Origin: Mariprofundaceae bacterium
Lineage (GTDB): Bacteria; Pseudomonadota; Zetaproteobacteria; Mariprofundales; Mariprofundaceae
Length of the DNA: 64,000 nucleotides
Assembly: GCA_015488115.1 (NCBI GenBank)
Contig: WFOK01000015.1
Location: 14,589-78,588, forward strand
Direction: 5' to 3'
Part shown: positions 55,511 through 64,000 of the stretch, piece by piece
Position numbering within the stretch: position 1 is the first letter of the stretch
Layout: each line of letters begins with the position of its first letter
Notes under the pieces: generated by a model
Told to the model about the DNA's origin: nothing
Database searches by the model: none
The model's input: only the letters and a program-made list of their open reading frames with translations
Translations under genes and position numbers: made by a program

Positions 55511-56329
55511 TCAGAACGCCATCCACAACAGCAGGAGCCCCAACCCGATGCGGTAGGCGACAAACGGCCCCATGCCCAGACGCTCGATGAATCTCAGAAA
55601 ATAATGAATGCACAGCCATGCCGAAACGGCCGCGAGCACGAAACCAAGCAACAGCAAGAGCCCGTCTGCTCCGGAAGCAGGCTCCAGCAGCCAGTCCCTG
55701 ATCTTCAGCGCCCCTGCCAGGGCGATGACGGGAATGGAGAGCAGAAAGGAAAACCGGGCTGCATCCTGCCGGCGGTAACCCAGGGCCAGTGCCATGGTCA
55801 TCGTGATCCCGGATCGGGACGTGCCGGGAATCAGGGCCAGCATCTGGGCACAGCCAACCAGCATGGCGTGTCCCAGGGTCCAGCCGTTGCCGTCACGCTC
55901 ATGTCGGCCGTACCTGTCCGACCAGAAAAGCAGCACACCGAAGCCCACGGACGCCAATCCGATCACGGCCAGGCTCCGAAGGTCCTGCTCGACGACATCC
56001 TTGAACATCAGGCCCGCCAGACCAACCGGAATGGTGGCCAAAAGCACATACCAGGCCATGCGTCCCTCATGGTCCGCCTGCAGGCTGCGGGCCTGAACCG
56101 TGCGCCACCAACCCCGGATCATGCGCAGAAGATCCTGGCGAAAATACCAGACCACGGCCGTCAGCGAACCCAGATGCACCACGCAATCGAACGCCAGTCC
56201 CTGATCCGGCCACTCCGTCAGCATGGGCACCAATGCCAGGTGAGCGGAGGAGGAGATGGGCAGAAACTCGGTCAGCCCCTGGACAAGGGCCAGCAGCGCG
56301 GCCTGCCATGCGTCAATCTGTGTTGCCAT
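55511..56329 (-). CDS. uppP: Undecaprenyl-diphosphate phosphatase
   Basis: 272 aa from ATG 56329. Motifs EFLPISSSAHL and PGTSRSG. The 492-aa track ORF is a spurious N-terminal extension. Confidence 0.92.
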   Translation of the reverse strand: MATQIDAWQAALLALVQGLTEFLPISSSAHLALVPMLTEWPDQGLAFDCVVHLGSLTAVVWYFRQDLLRMIRGWWRTVQARSLQADHEGRMAWYVLLATIPVGLAGLMFKDVVEQDLRSLAVIGLASVGFGVLLFWSDRYGRHERDGNGWTLGHAMLVGCAQMLALIPGTSRSGITMTMALALGYRRQDAARFSFLLSIPVIALAGALKIRDWLLEPASGADGLLLLLGFVLAAVSAWLCIHYFLRFIERLGMGPFVAYRIGLGLLLLWMAF

Positions 56330-56434
56330 GGCCGGGCACTCTAGACCGGAGCGCCATCCCATGAAAGCAGCGCATGCGCGCTCCCCTTGCCAACGGGAAG
56401 AAAACGGCATTGAATCCCGCCAGGGAGGCAAACT

Positions 56435-58234
56435 ATGAAGTCTACCTGGCGCAAATGGCTCGACCGGTTCGATATGTTCCGGCGCCTCGTGCTCAATATC
56501 CTGTTCGTGATGCTGGTCCTGTTCGCACTCGCGATATGGATGGGCAGGGACATTGCTCGCATGCCTGACGAAGCCATTCTTGTCGTGCATCCGCAAGGCG
56601 CCCTTGTCGAGAGCGTCGCGCTGCCCAATGTGCGCTCCCCGATGCAATGGCTGCAGCCGACCGAGCAGGTGCCCGTTCATGACCTGGCGCGATGGATCCG
56701 GGATGCCGCGGACGATCCGCGCATCAAGGCCCTGCAACTGGAACTTGATGAACTCCATGATGCGCCACTTGTCCGGCTGGATCTTCTGCGCCGGGCCATT
56801 GCACATTTCCGGGAGGCCGGCAAACCCGTCATCGCGTTTGGCAACCACTTCTCGCAGGCCCAGTACTTCGTGGCCAGCGCATCCAACCGGATCATGCTGC
56901 ATCCCCTGGGTTTCGTGGAAATAAAAGGATTCGGCGTGTATCGGAATTACTTCAAAAAGGCGCTGGAACGCCTGCATGTCGACGTGCACGTCATGCAGGC
57001 GGGCACCTACAAATCGGCCATCGAGCCGTTCACACGGGACAACATGTCACCAACGGCCCGGGACGCCAATCAGCGATGGCTCGAACAGGCATGGCAGTTT
57101 TACAAGGAAACCATTCAAGCGGCCCGGGAGGTCAAGGCGGATCTGTTGCAGGAGCTTGCCGATCATCCACACCGCATGCTGAGCCAGACAAAGGGCGATG
57201 CGGCCAGGCTGGCCCTGCAGAGCGGATTGGTGGATGTCCTGGGCGGAAAGACCGATCTCGACAACCAACTGGCCGGGTTGCTGTCCGTCGGGAAACAGCG
57301 CCTGCCGAAAACCATGGACATCAAACAGTACGCCGCGCTGCGCGGACCCTTCCGGCCAGCCCCGCACAAGCCGAAGATCGGCATCCTGGTGGCCCAGGGC
57401 GTGATCCTGGAAGGCGAACAACCGCCGGGCACCATCGGCGCGACAAGCCTGGTCCGCCAGCTTGAAAGGCTCGCGGATGACGGGCGTTACAAGGCCATTG
57501 TTCTGCGTCTGGACAGCCCGGGCGGAAGCGCCCTGGCCTCGGAAACGATTCGCCAGGCCCTGCTGAGGCTGCGGAACAAGAAGCCGCTCATTGTCTCCAT
57601 GGGCAGCGTGGCGGCATCCGGCGGTTACTGGCTGGCGACAGCGGCCCATGAGGTGCTGGCCGAACGCACGACACTGACGGGCTCCATCGGTGTCTTCGGC
57701 ATCATCGCCAAGGCGGACCGCGCCCTGGATGCGCTGGGAATTCACAACGACGGCTTGGGAACGGCCCGTATGTCTGGCGCCCTGATGCCGGAACGCCCCC
57801 TGCCCGAAGAGCTTGAGCAGACCCTGCAATTGGGCGTGAAGCATGTCTACGAGCGTTTTCTCGACGTTGTATCCGAAGGAAGGGGACTGTCAAGGGAACA
57901 GGTCCGGCAGGCTGCAGAGGGACGGGTATGGCTGGCGCCTGATGCCCTGCGCCTTGGACTCATCGACAAATTGGGCGGCGTTGAGGATGCGGCAGCCATC
58001 GCCGCAGAGAAAGCCGGCCTGACAGATTACGAAACGACCTGGATCAAGCCCGAGCGCAACTGGCGCGATGAACTCATCGCGGAACTTTTCCGGGACCTGC
58101 TGGCTCCCGTGCCGAGCGGACGTCTGCTGATGCCGGACTCCTCCATGGCTTCCATTCAGCCATGGCTGCATCTGCTCAAGCCACTGCTGCATGGGCGACG
58201 GGACGTGCTCGCCCTCTGGCCCGTGCAGTTGTGA
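56435..58234 (+). CDS. sppA: Signal peptide peptidase SppA (67K two-domain type)
   Basis: 599 aa with SD AGGGAGG upstream. N-terminal TM and two ClpP/crotonase-like halves. Second half contains SMGSVAASGGYW. Confidence 0.88.
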   Translation: MKSTWRKWLDRFDMFRRLVLNILFVMLVLFALAIWMGRDIARMPDEAILVVHPQGALVESVALPNVRSPMQWLQPTEQVPVHDLARWIRDAADDPRIKALQLELDELHDAPLVRLDLLRRAIAHFREAGKPVIAFGNHFSQAQYFVASASNRIMLHPLGFVEIKGFGVYRNYFKKALERLHVDVHVMQAGTYKSAIEPFTRDNMSPTARDANQRWLEQAWQFYKETIQAAREVKADLLQELADHPHRMLSQTKGDAARLALQSGLVDVLGGKTDLDNQLAGLLSVGKQRLPKTMDIKQYAALRGPFRPAPHKPKIGILVAQGVILEGEQPPGTIGATSLVRQLERLADDGRYKAIVLRLDSPGGSALASETIRQALLRLRNKKPLIVSMGSVAASGGYWLATAAHEVLAERTTLTGSIGVFGIIAKADRALDALGIHNDGLGTARMSGALMPERPLPEELEQTLQLGVKHVYERFLDVVSEGRGLSREQVRQAAEGRVWLAPDALRLGLIDKLGGVEDAAAIAAEKAGLTDYETTWIKPERNWRDELIAELFRDLLAPVPSGRLLMPDSSMASIQPWLHLLKPLLHGRRDVLALWPVQL

Positions 58235-58252
58235 GCCATGCAGGCGGCCGGA

Positions 58253-58888
58253 TTACGAAGCCGCAAGGGCCTCCCGCTCGATAAGGCACCGGAGCCCCTC
58301 GATGCCGCGACCGTTCATGGCCGAGACAGGGACAGGACTGAGCATGCCGCCCAGGGCGTCGGCCATCTCCCTCAGCCTGCGGGTTCGGGCATTGCCTGAA
58401 ATCTTGTCCGCCTTGGTGGCCACAGGCAACCAGCGTATGCCGGCTGCATTCAGCCACTCGATCAGTTGCAGATCGCTCTTCTTCGGTCCATGCCGGATAT
58501 CCAGGAGGGAAAGGACAAGCTCGAGATCGGGATTGTCGAGCAAATAGCTCTCGATCAACCCCGACCATGTGCGCTGTTCTCGCTTTGATGCACGGGCATA
58601 ACCGTAACCGGGGAGATCAACCAGCAGCAGGGCCCCGTCGACATCAAACACATTGAGCATGCGGGTGCAGCCAGGACTCTTGGATGTCTTGGCCAGGCCC
58701 TTCCTGCCAAAAAGGGCATTCAGCAGACTGGACTTGCCCACATTGGAATGCCCCGCGACGGCCACCTGCGGCTTGCCGGTATACGGAAAGGCCCCGGGCT
58801 CGGCCACCGAGCCCAAAAACCTTGCCCTGGTCCAGCAGAGGTGTTGCTCCATGTTTTGGCTGATATCGGACATGATGTTCGGCAGCAT
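58253..58888 (-). CDS. engB: Ribosome biogenesis GTPase EngB (YihA)
   Basis: About 211 aa. G1 GHSNVGKSS, G3 DLPGYG, G4 TKADK. The start is uncertain (ATG at 58888, 58873 or 58852). Confidence 0.88.
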   Translation of the reverse strand: MLPNIMSDISQNMEQHLCWTRARFLGSVAEPGAFPYTGKPQVAVAGHSNVGKSSLLNALFGRKGLAKTSKSPGCTRMLNVFDVDGALLLVDLPGYGYARASKREQRTWSGLIESYLLDNPDLELVLSLLDIRHGPKKSDLQLIEWLNAAGIRWLPVATKADKISGNARTRRLREMADALGGMLSPVPVSAMNGRGIEGLRCLIEREALAAS

Positions 58889-58988
58889 GGCATGCTCGGA
58901 TGGATTGGCAAGAGTCCCGGAGGCTGGCATTTCGCGATCGAGCTGGCAGAATTGCACATTTCTTAGGCAAAAGAGCGAGGCGATCCAC

Positions 58989-59999
58989 ATGGCACGATTG
59001 CTCCCGGGCTTTAAGCTGGGCTCCTTCAAGATCGATGTTCCTCTGGTGCTGGCTCCCATGGCCGGCATCACCGATCTGCCTTTTCGCCGCATCTGCCGGC
59101 GATTTGGCGTCGGGCTCACGGTGACGGAAATGGTGGCCTCGCGAGCCGTGGACATGAAGCGGAAGCGGACCGAACGCATGGTTCAGGTCGACCCTGACGA
59201 GCATCCCGTAGCCATTCAGATCGCAGGCTCCGATCCGCACTACATGCGCGAGGCCGCCCGTTGGGCCGTGGATCATGGCGCCGATTTCGTCGACATCAAC
59301 ATGGGCTGCCCCGTCAAGAAGATATGCAAGCAGCTTGCGGGCTCTGCCATGTTGCGAGACGAAGGGCTTGTCCGGTCCGTGCTGGAGGCCGTCATTGATG
59401 CCGTCGATGTGCCCGTAACCCTGAAAATTCGCACTGGTTGGGACGAACAAAGCAAGAATGTCGTGCGCATCGCCCGGATCGCTGAACAGGTTGGCGTCGC
59501 CATGTTGACGGTCCACGGCCGCACAAGGGCACAGATGTTCCACGGCCAGGCAAACTGGGAAGACATCGGGCGGGCAAAAGCGGCCGTCAACATCCCCGTC
59601 ATCGGCAATGGCGACATCGTTGATGGCGAAAGTGCAAGAAGGATGATCGAGATCTCCGGATGCGACGGCGTCATGGTCGGGCGGGCCGTGCAGGGAAACC
59701 CCTGGGTGCTGGCCGAGGTCCGGGCCGCCATGCTGGGCGAGCCGGCGCCACCTCCACCCACCCCGGAACAACGCTGGCAGGTCGTGCACGAGCACCTGCA
59801 ACATCTCAAGGAGCATCACGGGGAGCGCACCGCCGTGCAGCTCGCACGCAAGCATGTGCCCTGGTACAGCAAGGGCCTGCATGGAGCCGCCGAGTTCCGT
59901 CGCGAGTTCCAGCAATTGCAGAGCTGGCAGGAACAATGCCTTGCAGCCAGGAACTATTTCCTGGGCCTCCATGAGCAGCAGCTTGCCCACGCGGCCTGA
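58989..59999 (+). CDS. dusB: tRNA-dihydrouridine synthase B (NifR3 family)
   Basis: 336 aa from ATG 58989. Motifs LAPMAGITDLPFR, DINMGCP and LTVHGRTR. Confidence 0.92.
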   Translation: MARLLPGFKLGSFKIDVPLVLAPMAGITDLPFRRICRRFGVGLTVTEMVASRAVDMKRKRTERMVQVDPDEHPVAIQIAGSDPHYMREAARWAVDHGADFVDINMGCPVKKICKQLAGSAMLRDEGLVRSVLEAVIDAVDVPVTLKIRTGWDEQSKNVVRIARIAEQVGVAMLTVHGRTRAQMFHGQANWEDIGRAKAAVNIPVIGNGDIVDGESARRMIEISGCDGVMVGRAVQGNPWVLAEVRAAMLGEPAPPPPTPEQRWQVVHEHLQHLKEHHGERTAVQLARKHVPWYSKGLHGAAEFRREFQQLQSWQEQCLAARNYFLGLHEQQLAHAA

Positions 60000-60996
60000 A
60001 TGTCTCTCGGTCTCGCAGGTGCCGCTGCCACTGCTGCGGCTCGATCATGATGCCCGCGTCACGGGCAGCAACCTGATGGCCCAGGAGGTCCTGAACATGT
60101 CCGACAGGCGCCTTGCCGGACTGCACCTGACAGAGCTTTTCGCGCCTCACGGCGAGATCCAGCGGCTGCTCGAGCGTCTGCGCGCAAAGGCATCCAGCGT
60201 TTCCGATCATTACCTTCGCCTGTGCAGCCGCGACATGCCCGTTTCACTGCACCTGGGCTGCCATGAGCATGGCATGACGGCCCTGTTCGTGCCAGAGGGG
60301 CATCGGAGCGAAATCGAGCAACACTCGAAGCGTCACGAGATTGCCGAGGCCATGGCCCATACGGCCCTGGAAATCGCCCATGAGGTCAAGAACCCACTGG
60401 CCGCACTCAGGGGCGCCACCCAATGGCTGTGCGAACGCCCGATCGCCGAACAGGAAAGGGAAACGCTGGAGCACATGCTCGCCAGCATCGACCGCATTCG
60501 CGATCGGATCGACGCCTTCCTCCAAATTGGCCCCCGCGCCGATGTGAGCATGGAAATGACGAACATTCATGCCCTGATCCAGGAAGTCAGCTTCGCGCCC
60601 GATCACCTGCAGGTCAGTCGGGTTTTCGACCCCAGCCTGCCGGAGACACTCGCCCATCCCGCGCGTTTGCGTCAGGCGCTCGAAAACCTGTGGCAGAATG
60701 CCGTCGAGGCGGCCGAACACCACATTGAATGGCAGACGAGAATGGCTCCTACCGTGCGCCTGCCCGATCATCAGGGGCCCGTCATGGAGGTTCGCATCAC
60801 CAATGATGGGGCCACCGTGCCGGAGCATCTGCGCGAACGTCTCTTTGAACCCTATGTCACGGCCAAGGAACGTGGCAGCGGGCTCGGCCTGGCCCTGGTC
60901 CAGCGGGTCATGCTGGAACATGGCGGCCGCGTCAGCCTCCGCTGTGAAACCGGGCGCACGACGTTCATTCTGCATCTGCCTGTAAGAAGGGAATAG
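59971..60996 (+). CDS. ntrB: Nitrogen regulation sensor histidine kinase NtrB
   Basis: About 341 aa from ATG 59971 (start uncertain; it overlaps the dusB end by 29 nt). PAS-like N-terminus. H-box AHEVKNPLAALRGATQWL. VFDPSLPE resembles the NtrB DYDPSLPE block. G-box GSGLGLAL. Confidence 0.82.
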   Translation: MSSSLPTRPECLSVSQVPLPLLRLDHDARVTGSNLMAQEVLNMSDRRLAGLHLTELFAPHGEIQRLLERLRAKASSVSDHYLRLCSRDMPVSLHLGCHEHGMTALFVPEGHRSEIEQHSKRHEIAEAMAHTALEIAHEVKNPLAALRGATQWLCERPIAEQERETLEHMLASIDRIRDRIDAFLQIGPRADVSMEMTNIHALIQEVSFAPDHLQVSRVFDPSLPETLAHPARLRQALENLWQNAVEAAEHHIEWQTRMAPTVRLPDHQGPVMEVRITNDGATVPEHLRERLFEPYVTAKERGSGLGLALVQRVMLEHGGRVSLRCETGRTTFILHLPVRRE

Positions 60997-60997
60997 C

Positions 60998-62395
60998 ATG
61001 CGCGCATTGATCATTGACGATGACGAAGGCATCCGCTGGATCCTCGATCGGGTACTCCGGGACAAGGGCGTGGAGGTTGCCCAAGCAGATTCCGTGGCCG
61101 CGGCCCTGCGCGCTTGGCAGCAGCACCGGGCGGATATCGTTTTTCTGGACGTCTATCTGCCCGACGGCAATGGACTGGAGCTGTTGGCATCCAATACCTT
61201 TGATGCACCCGTCGTGTTGCTGACAGCCGAGACGACATTCGATCATGCCGTGCAATCCTACAAGTGCGGCGCCATGGAATACCTGCCCAAACCCTTCGAT
61301 CTTGATGAAGTGCGCCAACTTGTGGACCGATTGCAACCCCGCTCATCAGAGCATGAGGCACGCATTGCGCCATCGGCCAGACAACTCCTCGTCGGCCGGA
61401 GTCCGGCCATGCAGCAGCTGTTCCGGACTCTGGGGCGCGTGGCCGCGTCCGATCTCACGGTGCTGATCACGGGAGAGTCCGGAACGGGAAAGGAGCTCGT
61501 GGCCAGAGCCTTGCATGAGCAAAGCGCGCGCGCTTCCAAGCCCTTCATTGCGATCAATGCGGCGGCCATCCCGGCGGAACTGCTGGAATCGGAGCTGTTC
61601 GGCCATGAAAAGGGGGCCTACACCGGAGCCGACAAGACCCGCATCGGCCGCTTCGAACAGGCCGACGGGGGCACCCTGTTCCTGGATGAGATCGGCGACA
61701 TGCCCATGCCCCTGCAGGCCAAATTGCTTCGCGTACTGGAGGAGGGCAAGATCCAGCGCATTGGAAGCAACCGTCCCAGACCCGTGAATGTGCGGCTGCT
61801 CGCGGCTACCCATCAGAATCTTCCCGAAAAGATCCGCAACAAGGAATTCCGCGAGGATCTATTCTACCGCCTGAACGTGATTCCCGTACATATCCCGCCA
61901 TTGCGCGAGCGCAAGGATGACATCCCCGAGCTCGCCCAGTTCCTGCTGGACCGCTCGGCCGAGGAACTCGGCATGGATGCGCCGATTCTTCTGGATGACG
62001 CCACGGAACTGCTCAAACAGCATGACTGGCCGGGCAATGTCAGGGAGCTGAAAAATGTCATGCGCCGCCTTGCCGTGCTGACGCCGGGAGCGAGCATCAC
62101 GCTGTCGGACGTGGCCCTGGCCCTCGGGCATACGAACAGCACGCAGGACGATGAAACGCTGGGCGAAGCCGTGAGACGGTGTACTCGCCGCTACCTGAAC
62201 CAGCTTGGTTACGCCAAAGCGACCTGCCTTTACCAGCATGTTCTGGAACAGGTCGAGCCGCCGTTGCTCGAGTTGGCGCTGGAGCAATGCAAGGGCAACC
62301 AGTTGCGCGTTGCCGAGATGCTGGGCCTCAATCGCAACACCGTGCGCAAGCTTCTGCGAAAGTACGACATCGACCCTCAGGACTTCAAGCCCTAG
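60998..62395 (+). CDS. ntrC: Sigma-54-dependent response regulator NtrC
   Basis: 465 aa. NtrC-type receiver ([26 protein letters not shown]). AAA+ domain ([25 protein letters not shown]). C-terminal Fis-type HTH ([18 protein letters not shown]). Confidence 0.9.
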   Translation: MRALIIDDDEGIRWILDRVLRDKGVEVAQADSVAAALRAWQQHRADIVFLDVYLPDGNGLELLASNTFDAPVVLLTAETTFDHAVQSYKCGAMEYLPKPFDLDEVRQLVDRLQPRSSEHEARIAPSARQLLVGRSPAMQQLFRTLGRVAASDLTVLITGESGTGKELVARALHEQSARASKPFIAINAAAIPAELLESELFGHEKGAYTGADKTRIGRFEQADGGTLFLDEIGDMPMPLQAKLLRVLEEGKIQRIGSNRPRPVNVRLLAATHQNLPEKIRNKEFREDLFYRLNVIPVHIPPLRERKDDIPELAQFLLDRSAEELGMDAPILLDDATELLKQHDWPGNVRELKNVMRRLAVLTPGASITLSDVALALGHTNSTQDDETLGEAVRRCTRRYLNQLGYAKATCLYQHVLEQVEPPLLELALEQCKGNQLRVAEMLGLNRNTVRKLLRKYDIDPQDFKP

Positions 62396-62877
62396 CCAGC
62401 TCCCTCCCGCAAGGCCTCCAGATGATCCAGAAGGGCCTCCGCATTCTGCTGCAGCATGCGGAAGACCCGGTCAAAGCCTTCCGGCCCGCCGTAATAGGGA
62501 TCGGGCACATCCAGTGGAGCACCCTCAAACTGACGCATAAGCAGCACGCGTTCTGCCGGAGCCCCCATCGCAAGAAGATCCTGCCGGTTGCTTCGGTCCA
62601 TGGCCACGAACCAGTGCCACTCGGCGATGCCCTGCGCCGTGATCTGTCGAGCGCGATGGGCACTCAGATCCAGGCCGTAGCGCGCCGCCGTCTCGACCGA
62701 CCTGGGATCGGCCCCATGTCCGACATGCCAGTCGCCGGTACCAGCCGAGGCGAAACGGTAGCAACCGTCAAGGCGACGCCTCTTGGCCCTGTCGCTGACG
62801 ATGGCCTCGGCCAGCGGCGAGCGGCAGATATTGCCCAGGCAGACGAAGAGAACCCGCCAGTGATCACTGGATGGCAT
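62392..62877 (-). CDS. Low-molecular-weight protein-tyrosine phosphatase
   Basis: 161 aa from ATG 62877. P-loop VCLGNICRSP and DPYYG motif. Confidence 0.88.
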   Translation of the reverse strand: MPSSDHWRVLFVCLGNICRSPLAEAIVSDRAKRRRLDGCYRFASAGTGDWHVGHGADPRSVETAARYGLDLSAHRARQITAQGIAEWHWFVAMDRSNRQDLLAMGAPAERVLLMRQFEGAPLDVPDPYYGGPEGFDRVFRMLQQNAEALLDHLEALREGAG

Positions 62878-63493
62878 GGCGCTCCGCCTGTGAAGCCTGC
62901 AAATACCGCGGTTGCGGATAGATGCCGAGCGATGTCCAGTCGCTGATTTCGGCAAGCCTGTCCGAGACGACTTCCAGCATGGCCTGCCCGCGCCCCTGAG
63001 GCAGCGGCACCCGCTCCCAGCCACTCATGTCAACCGGCGGCTGTGTCCGGGAAGCAAAGCATTCTGGGGTGCGCTCCAGCAATCGGTGCCAGGGCATGCA
63101 ATGATCCTCTTCGACGGCCTTTCCCCGACGGTAGCGCCCCACATAGCATTCCCCCGCCCGAGCATCCTCGCAGACAAGAATCTCCTCAAGCCCGCTCTGC
63201 CGGGCCGTCACGGCCAGCGAGGAAAGCGGCAGCACGGGAAGCCGCAGCCGCGTATTCAGCCCCGCCATCGTGGCGGCTGCAATGCGCAGGCCGGTGAATG
63301 AACCGGGACCGACAACCAGCGCCAGCAGTTCCAGATCATCCCAGGCCATGCCGGCATCCTGGAGCAGTGACTCCAGCGCCGGCACGAGCTCAACCGAATG
63401 ACCATGCTCCCGTTCTCCCTCACGGAACCATGCCGTGCTCCCATGGGTCACGGCCAGTTGAAAGCGACCAAAGGAAAGATCCATGGCCAGCAT
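62864..63493 (-). CDS. tsaB: tRNA threonylcarbamoyladenosine biosynthesis protein TsaB
   Basis: About 209 aa from ATG 63493 (TTG 63511 and ATG 63484 are alternatives). MLAMDLS N-terminus and the GPGSFTGLRIAAA motif. Confidence 0.85.
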   Translation of the reverse strand: MLAMDLSFGRFQLAVTHGSTAWFREGEREHGHSVELVPALESLLQDAGMAWDDLELLALVVGPGSFTGLRIAAATMAGLNTRLRLPVLPLSSLAVTARQSGLEEILVCEDARAGECYVGRYRRGKAVEEDHCMPWHRLLERTPECFASRTQPPVDMSGWERVPLPQGRGQAMLEVVSDRLAEISDWTSLGIYPQPRYLQASQAERHAIQ

Positions 63494-63507
63494 GCGAACG
63501 GGCTTGC

Positions 63508-64000
63508 TCAACGATCCAGCAGTCCCAGAAGATGCTTGCGAAACTCGGGGCCGAACTGGGGATTGGCCAGGCCCAGCGTGGCATTGGCCAGCAGAAAGCC
63601 CAGCGGCGTCCCTGCATCAAAGCGCTGCCCCTGCAGGACGACACCGTAGACGGTTTCCTCCTTGGCAAGGCGTGCAATCGAATCGGTCAACTGGATTTCA
63701 TTGTTCGTGCCCGGAACCGCATGGCGCAAGATCTTCATCAGCCGTGGCGTGAAGATGTATCGACCCACGATGGCATAGCATGAGGGGGCGGATTCAGGGG
63801 AAGGCTTCTCCACCATATCCACCAGGCGGAACAGGCCATCGGCCTCGCGTTCATAGGCAACGATGCCGTATCGTGAGACATGTTCCCGGGGCACCTCCAT
63901 GAGACCGAGAACCGAGCAATGCGTGCGCTCAAAGACCTCGCGCAATTGAGCCATGGCCGGCACATCGCCAATGATCAGCTCATCGGCCAGGGAAACCGCA
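63508..64000 (-). CDS. galU: UTP--glucose-1-phosphate uridylyltransferase, C-terminal part (5' end lies outside the window)
   Basis: The frame is open to the window edge. Motifs VEKPSPESAPS, AIVGRYIF, EIQLTDSI and RFDAGTPLGFLLAN are typical of GalU. Confidence 0.85.
   Translation of the reverse strand, partial: AVSLADELIIGDVPAMAQLREVFERTHCSVLGLMEVPREHVSRYGIVAYEREADGLFRLVDMVEKPSPESAPSCYAIVGRYIFTPRLMKILRHAVPGTNNEIQLTDSIARLAKEETVYGVVLQGQRFDAGTPLGFLLANATLGLANPQFGPEFRKHLLGLLDR

Noticed and set aside
55511-56989. The 492-aa track ORF containing uppP. Similar long N-terminal extensions appear on the yjbQ (226 aa), xthA (333 aa), lgt (302 aa), engB (308 aa), hyuB (590 aa), dusB (448 aa), msrA (304 aa) and LMW-PTP (210 aa) ORFs.
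   Set aside because: The conserved protein families begin at internal ATGs, often in ATGA overlap with the upstream gene. The extensions overlap neighbouring genes and have junk composition.

Overview
This is 64 kb of a compact, GC-rich (about 60% by hand counts) Gram-negative, proteobacterial-type chromosome. It holds about 65 protein genes, many joined by ATGA/GTGA start-stop overlaps. I saw no rRNA, tRNA, CRISPR array, IS element, integrase or prophage gene. Most genes are recognisable core or envelope functions. In order they are: rplI-dnaB-alr; an MlaE/MlaF/MCE-like transporter coupled to a TPR lipoprotein, a YbdK-type ligase and an M20 amidohydrolase; and fxsA. An 8.7-kb single-strand type IV pilus block follows (fimT-like, pilV, pilW, pilX, a small repeat protein, pilM, pilN, pilO, pilQ, then aroB). 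Next come PBP1A, phhB and msrA; a DSF-type signalling module (RpfF-like synthase, RpfC-like hybrid kinase, REC-HPt protein); rnhA, yciB, a DAACS symporter and ilvE. Then mlaFEDC is followed directly by a YhdP/AsmA-like giant protein, then dnaQ and tsaD coupled to hyuAB. The rest is lon and htpX (sigma-32-type promoter), a TauE-family exporter gene, rodA-mrdA-mreDCB, yjbQ, xthA, lgt, uppP, sppA, engB, dusB-ntrB-ntrC, an LMW-PTP gene, tsaB and partial galU. Four items look most unusual. (1) A roughly 1.3-kb low-GC islet (41.9-43.2 kb) carries a solitary PD-(D/E)xK nuclease-like gene with an unassigned C-terminal domain. It is preceded by an untracked 38-codon ORF and a perfect 12-bp inverted repeat. 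This is my best candidate for an undescribed one- or two-gene defence or addiction module. (2) The rpfF/rpfC-like quorum-sensing module has no HD-GYP partner and has an orphan REC-HPt protein instead. (3) A secreted (KDKS)n-repeat, Cys-rich mini-protein sits where pilY1 normally is, in a pilus cluster that also lacks pilP and pilE. (4) Two lipid-transport operons have unusual partners. All functional calls come from motif recognition by eye. No database, HMM or structure search was run, and several start codons are uncertain.
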